From: Catajapyx aquilonaris
Lineage: Eukaryota
NCBI GenBank assembly: GCA_000934665.2
Contig: KZ537957.1
Span: 124,001-188,000 of the forward strand
Direction of reading: 5' to 3'
Length of the DNA: 64,000 bases
The position numbers were made by a program, and so were the translations under genes. The notes beneath the pieces were generated by a model that saw nothing but the letters and a program-made list of their open reading frames with translations, had not been told where the DNA came from and ran no database searches. Positions 11,541 through 24,617 of the stretch are shown one piece after another (positions within the stretch are counted from its first letter, which is position 1; each line of letters begins with the position of its first letter).

Positions 11541-14058
11541 CTTACACCATTGACTTTTCCAAACCCCCCTACCCGTATAACTCGCCTTTTTGGAACGAAA
11601 TCCTAGCCGGACCCCTTGTTTAACCGAGGCTGTTCCAAACCGGCGTCTCCTTCTATTTGTGAAGTAATGAACCTATAGCTGGGGCGATTTGGGCTTCCCC
11701 TCCTCTTCAATTTGACAGGACTTCCGGAGCATTACAAACAGTTTCCTTCGCCTGCAACGCTTGCATGGCGATCAGACTGCCTCACAAGTTCCGGACTATG
11801 CCTTCCAAGCCAAAAGACCCAACCCCACGGTCAAACGACCACCTTCTACTCGGAATCTCAACGAAAAGCTGCTGCGGGGCTTTTTTTCCCCTTCCTTCTT
11901 CTCCCCGCTTCTCCATCCCCCTCTATCCCATTCCTTCTCTTTTTCTGGCGCTTTTTGATATTGCTTGCTGCCTTCCAAAATCGCCTGGAGAGAAGAAAAG
12001 GTGAGGTGTGTTCAATTTTTGGGCCTGCTCTGGAATATAGAGCAGGTATTAAGGGGGGGGAGTTAATTTATTTAATCAAACTTCCTTATTGCAGATGTAA
12101 TGTTTTTTTAGAAATTAGGGAGGGGGTTTATCGGTTTTGAGGATAGTGGATTATAGGAGTTTGGAAAAAAAATGGCTATTATGGGCGAGTGCACTGGCAT
12201 AATATGCAGATGTCGATATTTTGTTATTGGATCATGGAAATCAAAAGGTTTCGAAATCAGCGAATTTTTTGGGTGTTGTGCTAAATTTATGATCGAGCGT
12301 CACGTTACAGATACCGAATTAGCACGAATTACTGCAATGCCAACTCTTCAATATTGATATATGGAGAATTTGCAGTCAATTTATTTTCCTCCAAAAAAAT
12401 CATATTGACCTAATGTGGATGGTCAGCGATTTTTGGACCATTGGTGAATGCACTGGAATTGGCCGCCTTGCACTTTAATTGGAAGGTAATGGCAGAAGCA
12501 TAAAGTGTGCTGGGATTGACAATCAATTCGCGAGCTTCATTAGTGCTTCTATTTGTCATTGGTATTCAATATCCCCGTGGCAAATGGTTATAACCACCCG
12601 GTTTCCAGGTTGATATATACCATTCCCAGAGTGTTTCCCCAGCGGTGCTCTCGTGTCCTTCCATATTCAAAAACCCGTGAAAAACCCTGGAGCTGCTGGG
12701 ACACTATTAGGGGATGGGGGTCGTTAGCAGGGTGTACCAGAGGAGGGGACTCTTTCATTTGCAACTTTACTTTCGCTTTGAAGTGTGCCAGCGCCAATCA
12801 ATTAGGAAGAGCCCGTTTTTTTGTGGACTAGTTTTCTGGAAATTGCTTCAAAAAAATAAGTTTTACCCAAAACTTGTATACTCGTACATATTTGTAAAAT
12901 AGTTGCGATTTTGGAGCGAATAGAGTCAAATGGGTGGATTTTCACTCTCTTGATTGCACAAAAAGAGTGGTGAATAACCTCTTTGAATTGCAAATTCCTA
13001 CGCGCCCTATTTTCTGAGCAGTGAAAAGGTTCGGCGTAAAAATAGTTGGATTTTCACTCCAACTTAGAGAGTCAAAAACCACTCCCTAGAATTTAAGGGA
13101 ACAGTTGAAAGTGGGGCCTGGAAAGCACTAGCAAATAGTTCTTGTCCAGGGTTTTACTCTTTCATGCAAATCAATAGAAGGCGGCAGTGAGTCGTATAGA
13201 GAAGAAAGTTGTGCGGTACACTCTTGAAAATTCGTGAGATATTCCATTCCTCCGCAGCCTCTAGAATTCTTCTTATTCCGCAGTCTCTCCCTCGGGAACA
13301 TGGTTAATTGCCACAGAGATTTGTATCCAGGTGACTGAGGAATGGGAAAAGCGAGGAACTAAATCAATATTGGACGATGTGATTATTAGAGTGGAACTCT
13401 TTTATAGGGGGTGTGCAAAAGTTTCAAATGAGCCACCCTGTAGTGACATTGGCAAGGAAATAGTCCCCTTTAATTACTGCGCACAAGGACACTGCTTTGT
13501 ACTCTCTGTACTCTCAGACAATGGAATCCCTCGTAATTAGGGCCGTCCAGCAGCGTGATATATCGCCTGCGCAGCCATTAGACCTTTGAAGACCACTAAA
13601 AAATATATTTCCCAGTCCACTCTCCCCCAGCAGCATTGACAATAACTGGTCACCTAACCACCCCCACGAACACACCCCCACCCTATCCTCATGTTTAATT
13701 AATGACACTCGACACAGGCGGTGCCCCGATAACTTTGCTTAATCTGGTTTATTCAAATCAGCAGAGTAAAGCTGATCTCTCCTAGTCGCTGTTACACCAA
13801 ATGTCCCCCCTCGTTTAAGGGATGTCTGGGCCAACAGGGCAGCACGTTATTTTATTTACACAGTATCCATTATCGAGGGTGCAAATGTGTACAATCGAAC
13901 CCGTAGTGTGTTACCTAATGATGTGTGTAGGCTCAGTAGACCAGGCTTGTATTAATTCTGAGGCTACCACCGGGCTACCACTACCAGATAGCCTCTACCA
14001 CGCCCAACTCCATCTAGCGGTGGCATCACTATGTACAATAAATTTCGTGATGTATCCC

Positions 14059-14398
14059 CATGGTCTTAGAATGCTTAGGTCTGGACACTCACTCTTATCG
14101 CATGAGGTGCTCACTTGAGAGCGCCATGGGACAGCTTTTCATTGCTCTATTATGTGGCGACGCTACCGGACTACGCTGAACTAAGGTAGAAGAGAAGCCA
14201 CTACATGCTGGCCCAACATGGCCGCCGGCGACCATGTTGGGTCCCCTAATGTAGCGCTTCCCTTTTGTACCTCTAAAGTTCAGCGTACCGGTAGTCCGGT
14301 AGGGTCGCCACATAATAGCGCAGTGAGAGGTCTCATGGCGCTCTCAGGTGAGCACCTCATGCAGGCGATAAGATTGTAGGAGAAGTGTCCGGGGGCTG
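14059..14398. mobile_element. Non-autonomous DNA element family C (asymmetric ends, 8-bp TSD), copy 1
   Basis: Ends CATGGTCTTAGAAT... and ...GTCCGGGGGCTG. TSD TGTATCCC / TGTATCAC (7/8). Long internal palindrome. Homologous to 19439-19672. Confidence 0.9.
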
Positions 14399-16020
14399 TG
14401 TATCACCAACCGAACTTAACGAAGTTATATGCATTCTGTTGTTTTTTTTCTGATTTAACCGGATGTGCAATATTTGAATATAGTGCACTCTATAAGCGTC
14501 ATATACCGTTGTCTGCGGCCCAAGACGGACCTAATGAAATTATGGGTGCATTGTATTCCTGCTGGTGGGTTTCCTCCAAGAAGCCCTTTTTGCCCACTAA
14601 TCTCGTTGACGGAATCTCCGAGGAGTCGCCTATCACTTAGTGCGGTGGGGTTTTCCGGCGTCGTCGTCGTCGTCATCAACCGTGGGGGGGGGGGGGGGGG
14701 CGGTAGGAGGAAGAGAAGGAGGAAGAGACAGAGCCAACTTGTTGCAATTAGGCTAGAGGGGGCCTGGCTCTAGTATGGGCTGTCTCACAGCCTTGATGGC
14801 ATGCAGCACTGAACCCGGCTATGCATTCCGATTAAACTTCCTAATAGAGACAAAGCATGCTGCGGCAGCGATCTTGAGATTAAAGTGTAGGGTACTTGTT
14901 GTCGACCATTGCACATGGTAATTCCGGTTGTGTGGGGTTAGTGCAGCGGAAGAGGTATCCTGGTACGTTTGCAACACACATGTTGATTTGCAGAGGCTCT
15001 TATCTTAATGGATGTTTTAGGCAATGTAAACTCTGTTCATCCCAATCCCGGAGAGAGCAAATAATGGGAGGAAATCCGGACATATCCTATGGTAAAAAAT
15101 TAATGAACTGGACTGAAATGCTGGCATAAATGCCATTTACGGTGATAGGCAAAGTGAATTTGCACAATAGATCTGGGGGTGTAGTACACGGAAAATGCTT
15201 TATCATCGAGGTGAACGTGTTTCCTCTTGCGGCTCCCACATTGTTCACCCATAAATCGGTTACCTAGCATGCACATTAAACCCTTGGCGAATGGGGGAGA
15301 CCTTTAATCCGCATATTTCAAACAAAATCCAACCGCAATCCTCCGCCAAGCCAGCATCACTAACGAAACGCGCCGCATTAACTTCATCTGTGGGAATCAA
15401 TTGACAAATGAGATAATGCGAAACGCAGGTTATCAAATTCTCGCCAATGAAGCACAATCACCATCCGGTGCCCAGTTTGTGAAAAAAATTGTTATGTCCC
15501 ATTGTGATAGCAGCTGGACCCCCGAATTTCAAGCAGTACAGATATGAATGCGAACCAGGCCATGTCACCCGATTTATCTCGCAACAACACTCTGATACAA
15601 AATGACCGAATTTCAAGTTAAAACCTAGCTCTACACTGAGTCCCAGAGACATATTACACGATGTACGGTACTCTTATCGTGACAAGTACTTGCCAACTGT
15701 TACATTTTCTGGGCTTAACCAGGCCCGACCTGTCCTCGAATCCTGGTTTTTTGCAGTAATATAATCTCTTTAAATCGTGGCCCCGACGATGACACGTGGG
15801 ATTCCACTCTGGTGTAACGTACAGCCGTTGGAATTCATTTGGGTTCCATTTTTAAAAGAGACTTGCACACATATCTCGCGGGATGATTCATTTTGCTTTG
15901 GGAAGCTTTTACGGGTAGCTGACTGTGGAACGTATGGAAACTGTGATAAATATAGGGCTCCCACTTCGATAAAACGAAGGTCGCTGCAGGAGGATTAAAA
16001 TGTATGGGTTTTAGCGGAAA

Positions 16021-16100
16021 TATCCAACACTAGATGGCGGGAGGATCTGCGGGAGGCTACGAGTTGTAATCAGTCGTGAGACAGCCGGAGTCGAGGCCAG
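16021..16100 (-). repeat. Dispersed repeat family F, partial copy
   Basis: Reverse complement GGCCTCGACTCCGGCTGTCTCACGACTGATTACAACTCGTAGCCTCCCGC..CGCCATCTAGTG. Confidence 0.75.
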
Positions 16101-16153
16101 GGAAAATGAAATCGACAACAAATTATGTATGTGCATTATTGTGTCACCATCTA

Positions 16154-16441
16154 CAGTGTGTTTCAACTGTTTTTGTCCGAACAGTTATCGGAAAATTGTA
16201 CGTAGCTGCTACTTTGTAAGAGGAACGCGGAATATTCCCTGCGCGTAGTGGCATATACGTGCTGCCCGATGAAAATTGAGGGTCAAGCCTGGAAAAAAGA
16301 GGGTCACACATGCCATGGGATCTGTGACCCTCTTTTTCCCCATTCCTCCGACAAATCACCGGCTGCAAGTCACTGCTTACAAAGTAGCAGCTACGTGCAA
16401 TTTTCCGATAACTGTTCGAACAAAAAAGGTGAAACACCCTG
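16154..16441. mobile_element. Tc1/mariner-type MITE family D, copy 1
   Basis: TA|CAGTGTGTTTCAAC...GTGAAACACCCTG|TA with about 65-bp TIRs and an internal hairpin GAGGGTCACA/TGTGACCCTC. Homologous to 51835-52037. Confidence 0.92.
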
Positions 16442-19438
16442 TATATTATTAAAAGCCAACTGTCATGGAAATTCCTTCCGCACATATTTGGGAGTGGTGT
16501 CCACATTTTCCCCGTCTTTTCTATATTTGCAAATGACCTTTGTTTATTAGAAACGGTGCCGAGGGCCTTTGTAATTTAAAACAAAAAACAAAAAAAACCC
16601 GACCTCGTCCATTCCACGGAATTCCCATTTTCGCAGTTCCGGGCGCCACCTCCTGGGTGGCAACTCGCTTACTTCTGCACTTCACCGTCGGATGTAGCGT
16701 CGATACCCAATTGTTTCCCAAATTTTGGCTAGTTTCACATTACGAGTCTAAAATATTGATAAAACATGACTTGGATAAGGAGAGATGACCTAGGTCACAT
16801 ACTACAGTATAAAAGGTTGTATATCAGGTTTGACTTAGAAGCTGCTCTTTTCACCCAGTAAGTCCGTCTTTGAAGAAGCTGACTTTTCCCGGGGATTCTC
16901 CTATAAGTTTTTCAACAGGGTGTATGATCGCTTCATCTCCGTCGGGTGCCGGGAGCATTTTTGTGCTTCACAGACTTTCGACTGTCAAAGCCTGCGACGT
17001 CACAGATCGTCGACCTCGCCTTGCTATTTCGACACCTGCATTTGCAATGTTGGCATATATCGTTGAAAGGACGTTGTACCAACATTTCAAAAAGGATTGT
17101 CCCCGTCGAGCGGGTAGCCCACACGTCAGGATGAAAGGAACCAATACTTGTATGTTTTCCCTTTTAGCATAAAATTCGCCAAAAAAATGTATGTCGCCCG
17201 GGTATTAGTGATTTCCCGCCTCGACATTTCTTCCCAGATAAAGCCTATCCGGAAGCCAGCTTTTCCGGTTATTTTTTTTTTCCGGGAGATGTAAGCTAGA
17301 GTCGGAAGAGACAAAGTGTGATGGTGAAGCCACGCCTTGCAGTGCCGCTGCTGCTGCGACATGACGTCCGCCATGGGAATCGGCAAAAATACGGGAAGAC
17401 CCCCCCGGAAAAATGCGGGGATTTCCCCTCCTTTCGGCTCCCAAAAAATAGGCGGACTTGATAGTGGAAACATATTGCAGGGGCCTCCTTCTCGGTGCAG
17501 CCCGCAGCCACCACCTTAGGGGCAGATATATCTCGTAGGAATGGAATTGTACCGGTGGACTGCGGTCGATACTGTTGCATATACGCGTATTATCCGGAGA
17601 TGTTGTGCATGCCGAGAGGAAAAGGCTATCACTATGGGATTTTCAGGATAAGCAATGGGGGAATCTGTTCTGAAGATTCCATTTAGGTTGGGCAAAAAAA
17701 CGGTTTTCGTGTCGCGAACCGACTATTCAGCGGATATACTGTACCTCTTTGATCAGCGACTTTTCTACTGGTTGGATGAGATTACACAATTTTTGCCGGT
17801 CAGCCGGATTACATGGCTTTGCGTAATGCACTAGTAGCGACACTGCTTTTGAAGCGGTTTGTTGGCATTAAGTCGGTGTTGATTCATGTCGCTTGATTAG
17901 CGAACTGCGGATGCCTCGGCGGGAATCGACATAAAGGACTAGCTAATGGGCGCTCTTTTGGAAAAGGGTACAATGACTGGGAGAGAGCTCATCACAATTC
18001 ATACCGCTTCATGGCCCTCTGGCCTGCCCCCAACTGACTGTGAGAGTTCCCTCACCGGACACAAAAGAACTGACTGGCATTTTGTCGAGTTGGGTTTGTG
18101 GCCAGAGACTCTCTTGTGCATAATTCACTCGGTAAAAAATGTCAGTTCTTCCATCCTGAATTCCGGGCCATACTGGACAAAATTAAATTAAATTTTAAAA
18201 TTTCTGATTTTTGGACCCCTCACTTTAACACTACAACAATAGTCCGGGGTAAACAGCCCCCACTCCGGTATAGGTGTAAACGCCGCATAATTGAAGCCGC
18301 ATTATAAATAAATAAAGGTCCGCATGCGCACCCTCTATCCCTACCCTCTATCAAATTCGGGCGAGTGCATGTAAGAATCTATGGGCGGCTCCGGGGCCGA
18401 AGTACCACCCAGGGGCACATTAGGAGCTCCCGGCGGATCATAAATTGGGGGGGAGAGCCTCACCTGCAAAGGTAGACTGTAGAAGCAGCTGCAGACCCTA
18501 GAAATTCCAGGAGTATGGGCTTCTCCAAGACACACGCGACCGCTTGTCCTCCCTGTAAGCATAAGAATTGCATCATTAACGCCACTTCCACATAGAACTC
18601 CTTATTTTTGCATTCAATGAGCACAGTGCTCCGGAGAATGTGTTTATTTTTTGCGTGTGATCTTCGACTCTGAGGGACTCCCAGGACCACTCGCTATGAG
18701 GATCCAGGGAAGGAATCGAGTTTAAAATTTTGATTCCTAGTACGTGAGGAGAAAGAGGTGTTGGAATTGTATGCACTAGGATAGTACACTGCAGATAAAA
18801 TCGGATCATCCTGGTAGTTAGATAACCCACACTGTTGGCTCATATGTTGCCCAGTTTTCAGGCGGGGCTGTAACCTCAATATGGCCCCCCAGGCACCGTT
18901 TGACAAACCAGGAGCGATGACAGCTTCAGACGTGCTCCCCTTTGTGCGTTAATCGTATTTTGCATTACCGTTTTGCATCAGCGTAAAAACCGGGGATAAT
19001 GCGAACAAAAAACTGGTCGTAAAGTAGGTGACAGGTTGGGATGATTCGAGTGTGGGTCGCATTTTTTTTTTTGGAGAGGATGGCGGATAAAAATATTGAA
19101 TGGCGGCTTTGAGATGGCAAACGTTAAATCGGTGTAAAGGATGGTTCTCACCTCGCACACTAATGAGAAGTTGAGTGGAATGGAAATGCGGCGGAACGGC
19201 GGTTTCTTCATTCGCCCACTCATCTCTGGAGAGCAAGCTTGAAACCTCGCGCTTGGCTTTTGCGGAGAGCAGCTTAACGGCCCTTCTTGCGAACGAATTG
19301 GGACGAAATTATTCGAATGGCAATATTCTGACGTCATTGAAGCACTCGCAAGGGGTCGTTCATAATGTGTCAAGAAAATACTCTGGTGCTTCAGGACCAA
19401 GTGTAGAGTTGAAGCTGAAGCGCCAGCTGAGTTTGAAT

Positions 19439-19672
19439 CATGGTCTTAGAATACTAAGGTCTGGACATTCCCTCTTATCGCCTGCCGGGGCGTTTTGCAT
19501 GAGGGCGGTCATGTTGGTCCAGCAAGTAGCGCTATGAAGTTCAGCGTAGTCCGGTAGGGTGGCCACATAATAGATCTCCGTGAAAGGTCTCATGGCGCTC
19601 TCAGGTGAGCACCTCATGCAAAACGCCCGGCAGGCGATAAGATAAGATTGTAGGGGGAGTGTCCGGGGGCTG
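19439..19672. mobile_element. Non-autonomous DNA element family C, copy 2 (internally deleted)
   Basis: Same termini as 14059-14398. Perfect TSD GTTTGAAT at 19431-19438 and 19673-19680. Confidence 0.92.
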
Positions 19673-19810
19673 GTTTGAATTATAATAATTTTAAATTAAA
19701 TCAAATTAAATTAATTTTCAAGTGTGAGATTGCATCCCTAGGCCATATATCCTGACCCTGCAGAGTCATTCAGGTCTGGTAGTAAATTGGCAACCACATA
19801 TTTATTAGAC

Positions 19811-19945
19811 TAGCCTGGTACTAGGCTGTCTCACGACTGTCTTCAACTACAAGCCACCCTGTCCGCCACCAGACACTCACGCCATCACTAGGCAAAACTG
19901 CTAACTCCAAACTAGCTCCATCTTGTGGATTCGATGATGTCACAA
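19811..19945 (+). repeat. Dispersed repeat family F (hairpin-headed, possibly Crypton-derived)
   Basis: TAGCCTGGTACTAGGCTGTCTCACGACT...CGCCATC...CTCCATCTTGTGGAT...GTCACAA, colinear with 25995-26134. Confidence 0.8.
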
Positions 19946-21339
19946 AAATTGGAATGACATGCCAATTTTTGTAATAAGGAAAAATGACAATGGGGTGTCC
20001 TCAAGTAGGCGGATGAAGCCAGCGACTTGGTGTGACAAGAGGGCAAACGAGCCGGAATAAGGTTCGGTTGAGAGGAAATGATGCCCTCACCAACTTTTGC
20101 TCGAGCAGACTCACGTTTCAGCAATGGGTGTGGATCATGCTCGGAGTTCAAGTATTGCATTTTCCGCCGGCAATTTGGACACGCTTAGCCGTCACCTTCC
20201 TTAGGTAAAAAGCACTACTCGAGTCATTTCGGGAGGCTTACAAGTGAAAAGAAATGGCCTCGTACTTTTTTTTCCGGTTCCCCACGTTTTATTATCTCTG
20301 AAAAGAGTTCGGGAGATGAGCGTTCTAAGCCGAACTAACGTCACGATAAATAATTGGGAAAGGATGGCCCTTTGGTTCATTTTGCAAGAGTGCACAGGGT
20401 GTATTTTTTCTCACAGTATATAGGCTATAATGTATACGCACAGCCCATTTCCTGCTTTGTAACGGTTCATATATTATCATTTGAGGCAATCTGTTTGGAA
20501 GCATAATGGCTCCACCGCATTCTGGGGAACGAATTGGTGACCCTTTGTTGCTGGAAGAAGGGTAAATAATCCTTCTATCTCCATATTGTAATCCGTAATA
20601 CATGTGTGAGGAGCTCAGGCTGAACAGGCCATAAGGTTTTACTGCATATTGGAGCTAAAGCCCAGTTTTTGGCCAGTGTACTTATTTTAAAATTTGTTTA
20701 ATTTTTTTATTATTTATCCTTGGGGCTGTGGGGTTCGTGCCTAATTTAGCAGCCAAAAAACCATCTAGATCGCAAACTTTTTTTCCCTCGTCTATCCGGT
20801 TGAACGCCACTGTGAAATTACGATCCCGCCACTGCACTCTGGGTTGCAAGAAGGCGTGGTGGAAACAGCTGCAACGAGTTGGCTGCGAGTGGTCCAAGCG
20901 AGAAATGCAATGCGGATCATTCTACCAGATGCCACTTTTTTTTTTGGCCGCACTTTGACCCCTCCAGTTTTCCCCCGGCCACACTTTCCATCACGTTTTT
21001 TTTCCGAAAGATTTATCTGAAGCTGGGGCAAAGAGCTCCATCATCCCCGAGCAGGATTGCAAACGCGAAAGTGAGCTTCCGCCAAGATGAAGCGGTTGCG
21101 GCTGGAACGTAGCGGTGAATTATAACCTCCGGCGCCTTGGTGATCATTCGTCATCACTCCAGGGCAATAACCCGGAGAGAGAGATCTTGGGACCCACAGA
21201 ACCTTCCCGGAACTGAATGCCACCAATAAATGCGTTGATTACTAGCTGATGCCGGCTCTGGTACGACTTTTGGCTACCGGCCAACTTGCTGCTGTCAAAC
21301 AGCTGCCTGTGGATTGGCTGCCAGGCTAGAGCCCAGCGC

Positions 21340-21731
21340 TAGGGCGGTGCGATATTTCGATACATCGACTGTCGATACGATATTTTCCTAATTTTATCGA
21401 AGTTGCGATATCCGAACGCTGGGCATGTGCGATGTATCGAATATCGCGATGTCGATTTTCGATTTTTTTCGATGTCGGTTCGATGTCGGTTTGCGATATT
21501 TCTCGATTTTTTCGATATCGGTTCGATGTCGGTTTGCGATATTTGTCGATTTTTTTCGATGTCGGTTTGTGATATTTTTCGATATTTTTCAATGTCGATT
21601 TTCGATTTTTTCGATGTCAGTTCGATGTCGGTTTTCGATGTCGGTTTTTCGATTTTCGATATATCGACTTCGATTCGATATTTTTTGAGTATCGAAAGCC
21701 GATATGCAATTTCGGATATCGCACAGCCCTA
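21340..21731. mobile_element. hAT-like MITE with an internal array of CGAT/TCGA motifs
   Basis: 16-bp TIR TAGGGCGGTGCGATAT / ATATCGCACAGCCCTA (15/16). Interior built from TTTTCGATGTCGGTT-type units. TSD not cleanly preserved. Confidence 0.8.
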
Positions 21732-22663
21732 CAACGCCACCGCGGCACCCAATCTGGTCAAGATTGCAGCCCATTTCCATCACATATTTCCTTATTACGC
21801 TTATTACATACCGAGCCATTTGGGACCAGCTTTTCAGCTTGGGGAATGAGCGGGCAGAAAGTGACCTGGCAAAGTGCATAGTTAGAGTCGAGCTCACGAA
21901 TCTTGCCCTGGTAAGAGGAGGGTAGTAAAGAGACAGAGAGGTGATGTGACGTGTGATATGAGTGGCCCCAGGGCGTCTGCATTACCGGGCCCGGATGGAG
22001 ATGTTTCCCGGGAGGATTCCGGGGGCATTTCCGGAGTTTACAGCCTAGGGCTAGCTAGGAAAACCGCTACAAACATGGCGCGTGCTATTGCCCGTAATAA
22101 GGCAGAAAGGTTGTCATCTAGTTTCTTTGTGGAACAGAGTTTGTCGGTGCGGAACAGTGGTTTTCCATTCTATAGGAGGGGGTACCGATATACCCCTGAG
22201 TCTCTTTGTTGCTGGATCTGATTGGGTGGGATGCACCTCGATCAATATAAAGACAGGGGAATTTGGGGGGGTTAATGCGGTGTCAGTGGGAATGCTGGGT
22301 GCCACTCCAAGTCGGACAGGAAAGTCGGAGAATAGTTTCTATTGATTTGAAACTTTGGGAGAAAGACCTGACAGGTCGGAAACCAGATTGCGGTGTCTAG
22401 TCGCTCAAGAAGTGACGTTGCTGTCCTGCATGGAGTGCGACATTCATGTTTGCTGGGGTTGGGCACATATTGGTTGTGTGACGCTGATGGGAGGTAATTT
22501 CAATATTGATTTGGTTGGACACTCTCTGTTTATACTGGTGACCTTCCTTGCGGGGGATGCTGGAGTTTATTTCTGGGGGGCGACCTTTCAAATCATGCGC
22601 TTGCATTGTCAAGGTTAGTTGCTTCGAATAGCATACGGTTGTCATAATATATGTGGAGTAGTA

Positions 22664-22940
22664 CAGTGTTGGACATTAATTCCGTCATACTGACTACGGC
22701 ATTTTCCGATGCGGCAGACGTGCAAATTGAAGTGATAGAGTGCGAGTCGTGCGAGTAAGAAATGGTAGCCCTTGGGTGATGTCACTGGCTGGGGACTCCA
22801 TTGCCCCCCACCGGTGACGTCACTCATATCAAGGCCCACCTCTTCTTACTCCCACGGCTCACACTCTATCACTTCAATTTGCACTTCTGCCGCATCAGAA
22901 ACTGTCGAACGCAGTACGACGCGATTAATGTCCAACACTG
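22664..22940. mobile_element. Tc1/mariner-type MITE family B, copy 2
   Basis: TA|CAGTGTTGGACATTAAT...ATTAATGTCCAACACTG|TA. Inverted symmetry extends more than 100 bp inward. Confidence 0.92.
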
Positions 22941-24499
22941 TACATGAGGGTACTACCAGCAGCCAATAATAATGTAGGCTACGTTTTATCTCCATTTTTA
23001 AAATGTTCTCAACATAATGCTATATCGCAGAGTGTATACAAACACCCGCATTGTTCAGACCTCAACTGTGTGTATACAGTCGGTCTACCATTCGCTGATG
23101 GATTAATCACGAACTGCATGACAGTCCCCACTGTTTAACTCGAATCCGGATTATTGTCAAATGCTTATTTTTAGTTTGCATTCCCATGTAATTGTGACCT
23201 ATAGTCCGCTTCCATATCTGTCCATGCCATAGTATACTATATAAAAAGTGGTTATATAGCAAAAGCCTGTTATCGACAGGTAACAAGTGCGAAAGAAGAA
23301 GAAAATGGAGTAGATGGTTACTAGTAGAGGGTAGCATGAGGGTGAAGGGGTTGGAAAATGGGTGGAAAGGAAACGCTTTGCAGCGTAAGGAAAACGATCC
23401 GAGGTGTCAGGGGAAATGGGGCAAGGGGGAAATATAGCCGGAATATTCCTGGTGGCCTCCCCATTTGTCCATTACGGTTATGGCGGGTCCAAGTCGTCTC
23501 TTACTGCCCAACGTGATGTAACAGTGGAGACGAAATGAATGTGCTCCGCCGTTAGGAGGGCCGTGCAAGGGTCAAAGGCTGGGCCACACCCTATGCGCAT
23601 TGAGTAGGGATGGGGGCCATGGGGGCCAGGGGCTTGCAAGGATAAGCCATTTTGGACTGCATTGCGAGGTTGGGGGGTGATAATGAACCGGGACTAGTTG
23701 GGCTAAGTGCTGGCATTTTAATAGCTGTATAAGCCATTCTTTTGAATTTTGGAACAGGTTACTCTAATATTTAGGCAAAATTTAAAGCGAGATGTTGCAA
23801 TGTACGCCTTTTTAAAAACTCGGTTTGAAGTCCCTATAAACTTAAAAAGAAACTGGCCGATTGTTGCTTCCTAGCTCGCTCAGCTAATAATAAACTCTTG
23901 CTACCCTGCAGCTAAAACGTTGCCTAACAAAGTTGTCAAGAGATTTAATTAAATTTCTTGCTTCCCTAGCCTCTCCCTGCGTCAAAGTAATGCCTTAAAG
24001 TCTAACCTAATATTCCAGTGTAACATATGAGTTCAATTTTCTTAAGCGGCTCTAATAAGCAGAATAGAGAAGTTTTTGGAGTTGCATGAAGAAGAGCCTG
24101 AAGATTTATACTCCTTTGGTGAGGTCATCCCAGAGACAAAGTGTAGGGGTTATTGACGAACACGAGCCATGATGATCGATTGGTTTGTGATTGGCTCAGC
24201 AATATTGGGATTCAAGTGGTAGCGATTTCAACCGAGCACTCTGGTTGGATCCGAAATGCAACAATGGACCATCGCTTAAAAAGAGCAACACCATGCGTAT
24301 CTAATGCGGTAGACAGAGAGCTGTAATCGATTTTTCTGGCGGGTAAGCACGATACTTACCCTGCCTACCCATGAAGCCTCTCGTTTCATGCATCGCCTCA
24401 CGTAATTCTGTTAAATTGGTGTCATTGCTAAACTTCAGTGTACGTGTCGCCTATGTCATAGTTTCAGGCGTTACCATACTCGCCTTTGGGTACTGTAAA

Positions 24500-24617
24500 A
24501 GTCCGTTAAACCAAAGAACGGTATGACGTCGCACCAGCCTGAGCATGCGCAGTAACATGATAAAGGATGTAGGCGGGGCTGAATGTGACGTCATATCGTT
24601 CTTCGGTTTAACGGACT
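24500..24617. mobile_element. Small foldback element or MITE, family unassigned
   Basis: About 34-bp inverted arms AGTCCGTTAAACCAAAGAACGGTATGACGTCGCA / TGTGACGTCATATCGTTCTTCGGTTTAACGGACT. Confidence 0.7.

Noticed and set aside
21326..21897. Overlapping ORFs rich in F, D, I, R and S
   Set aside because: They are by-products of the CGAT array inside a MITE.
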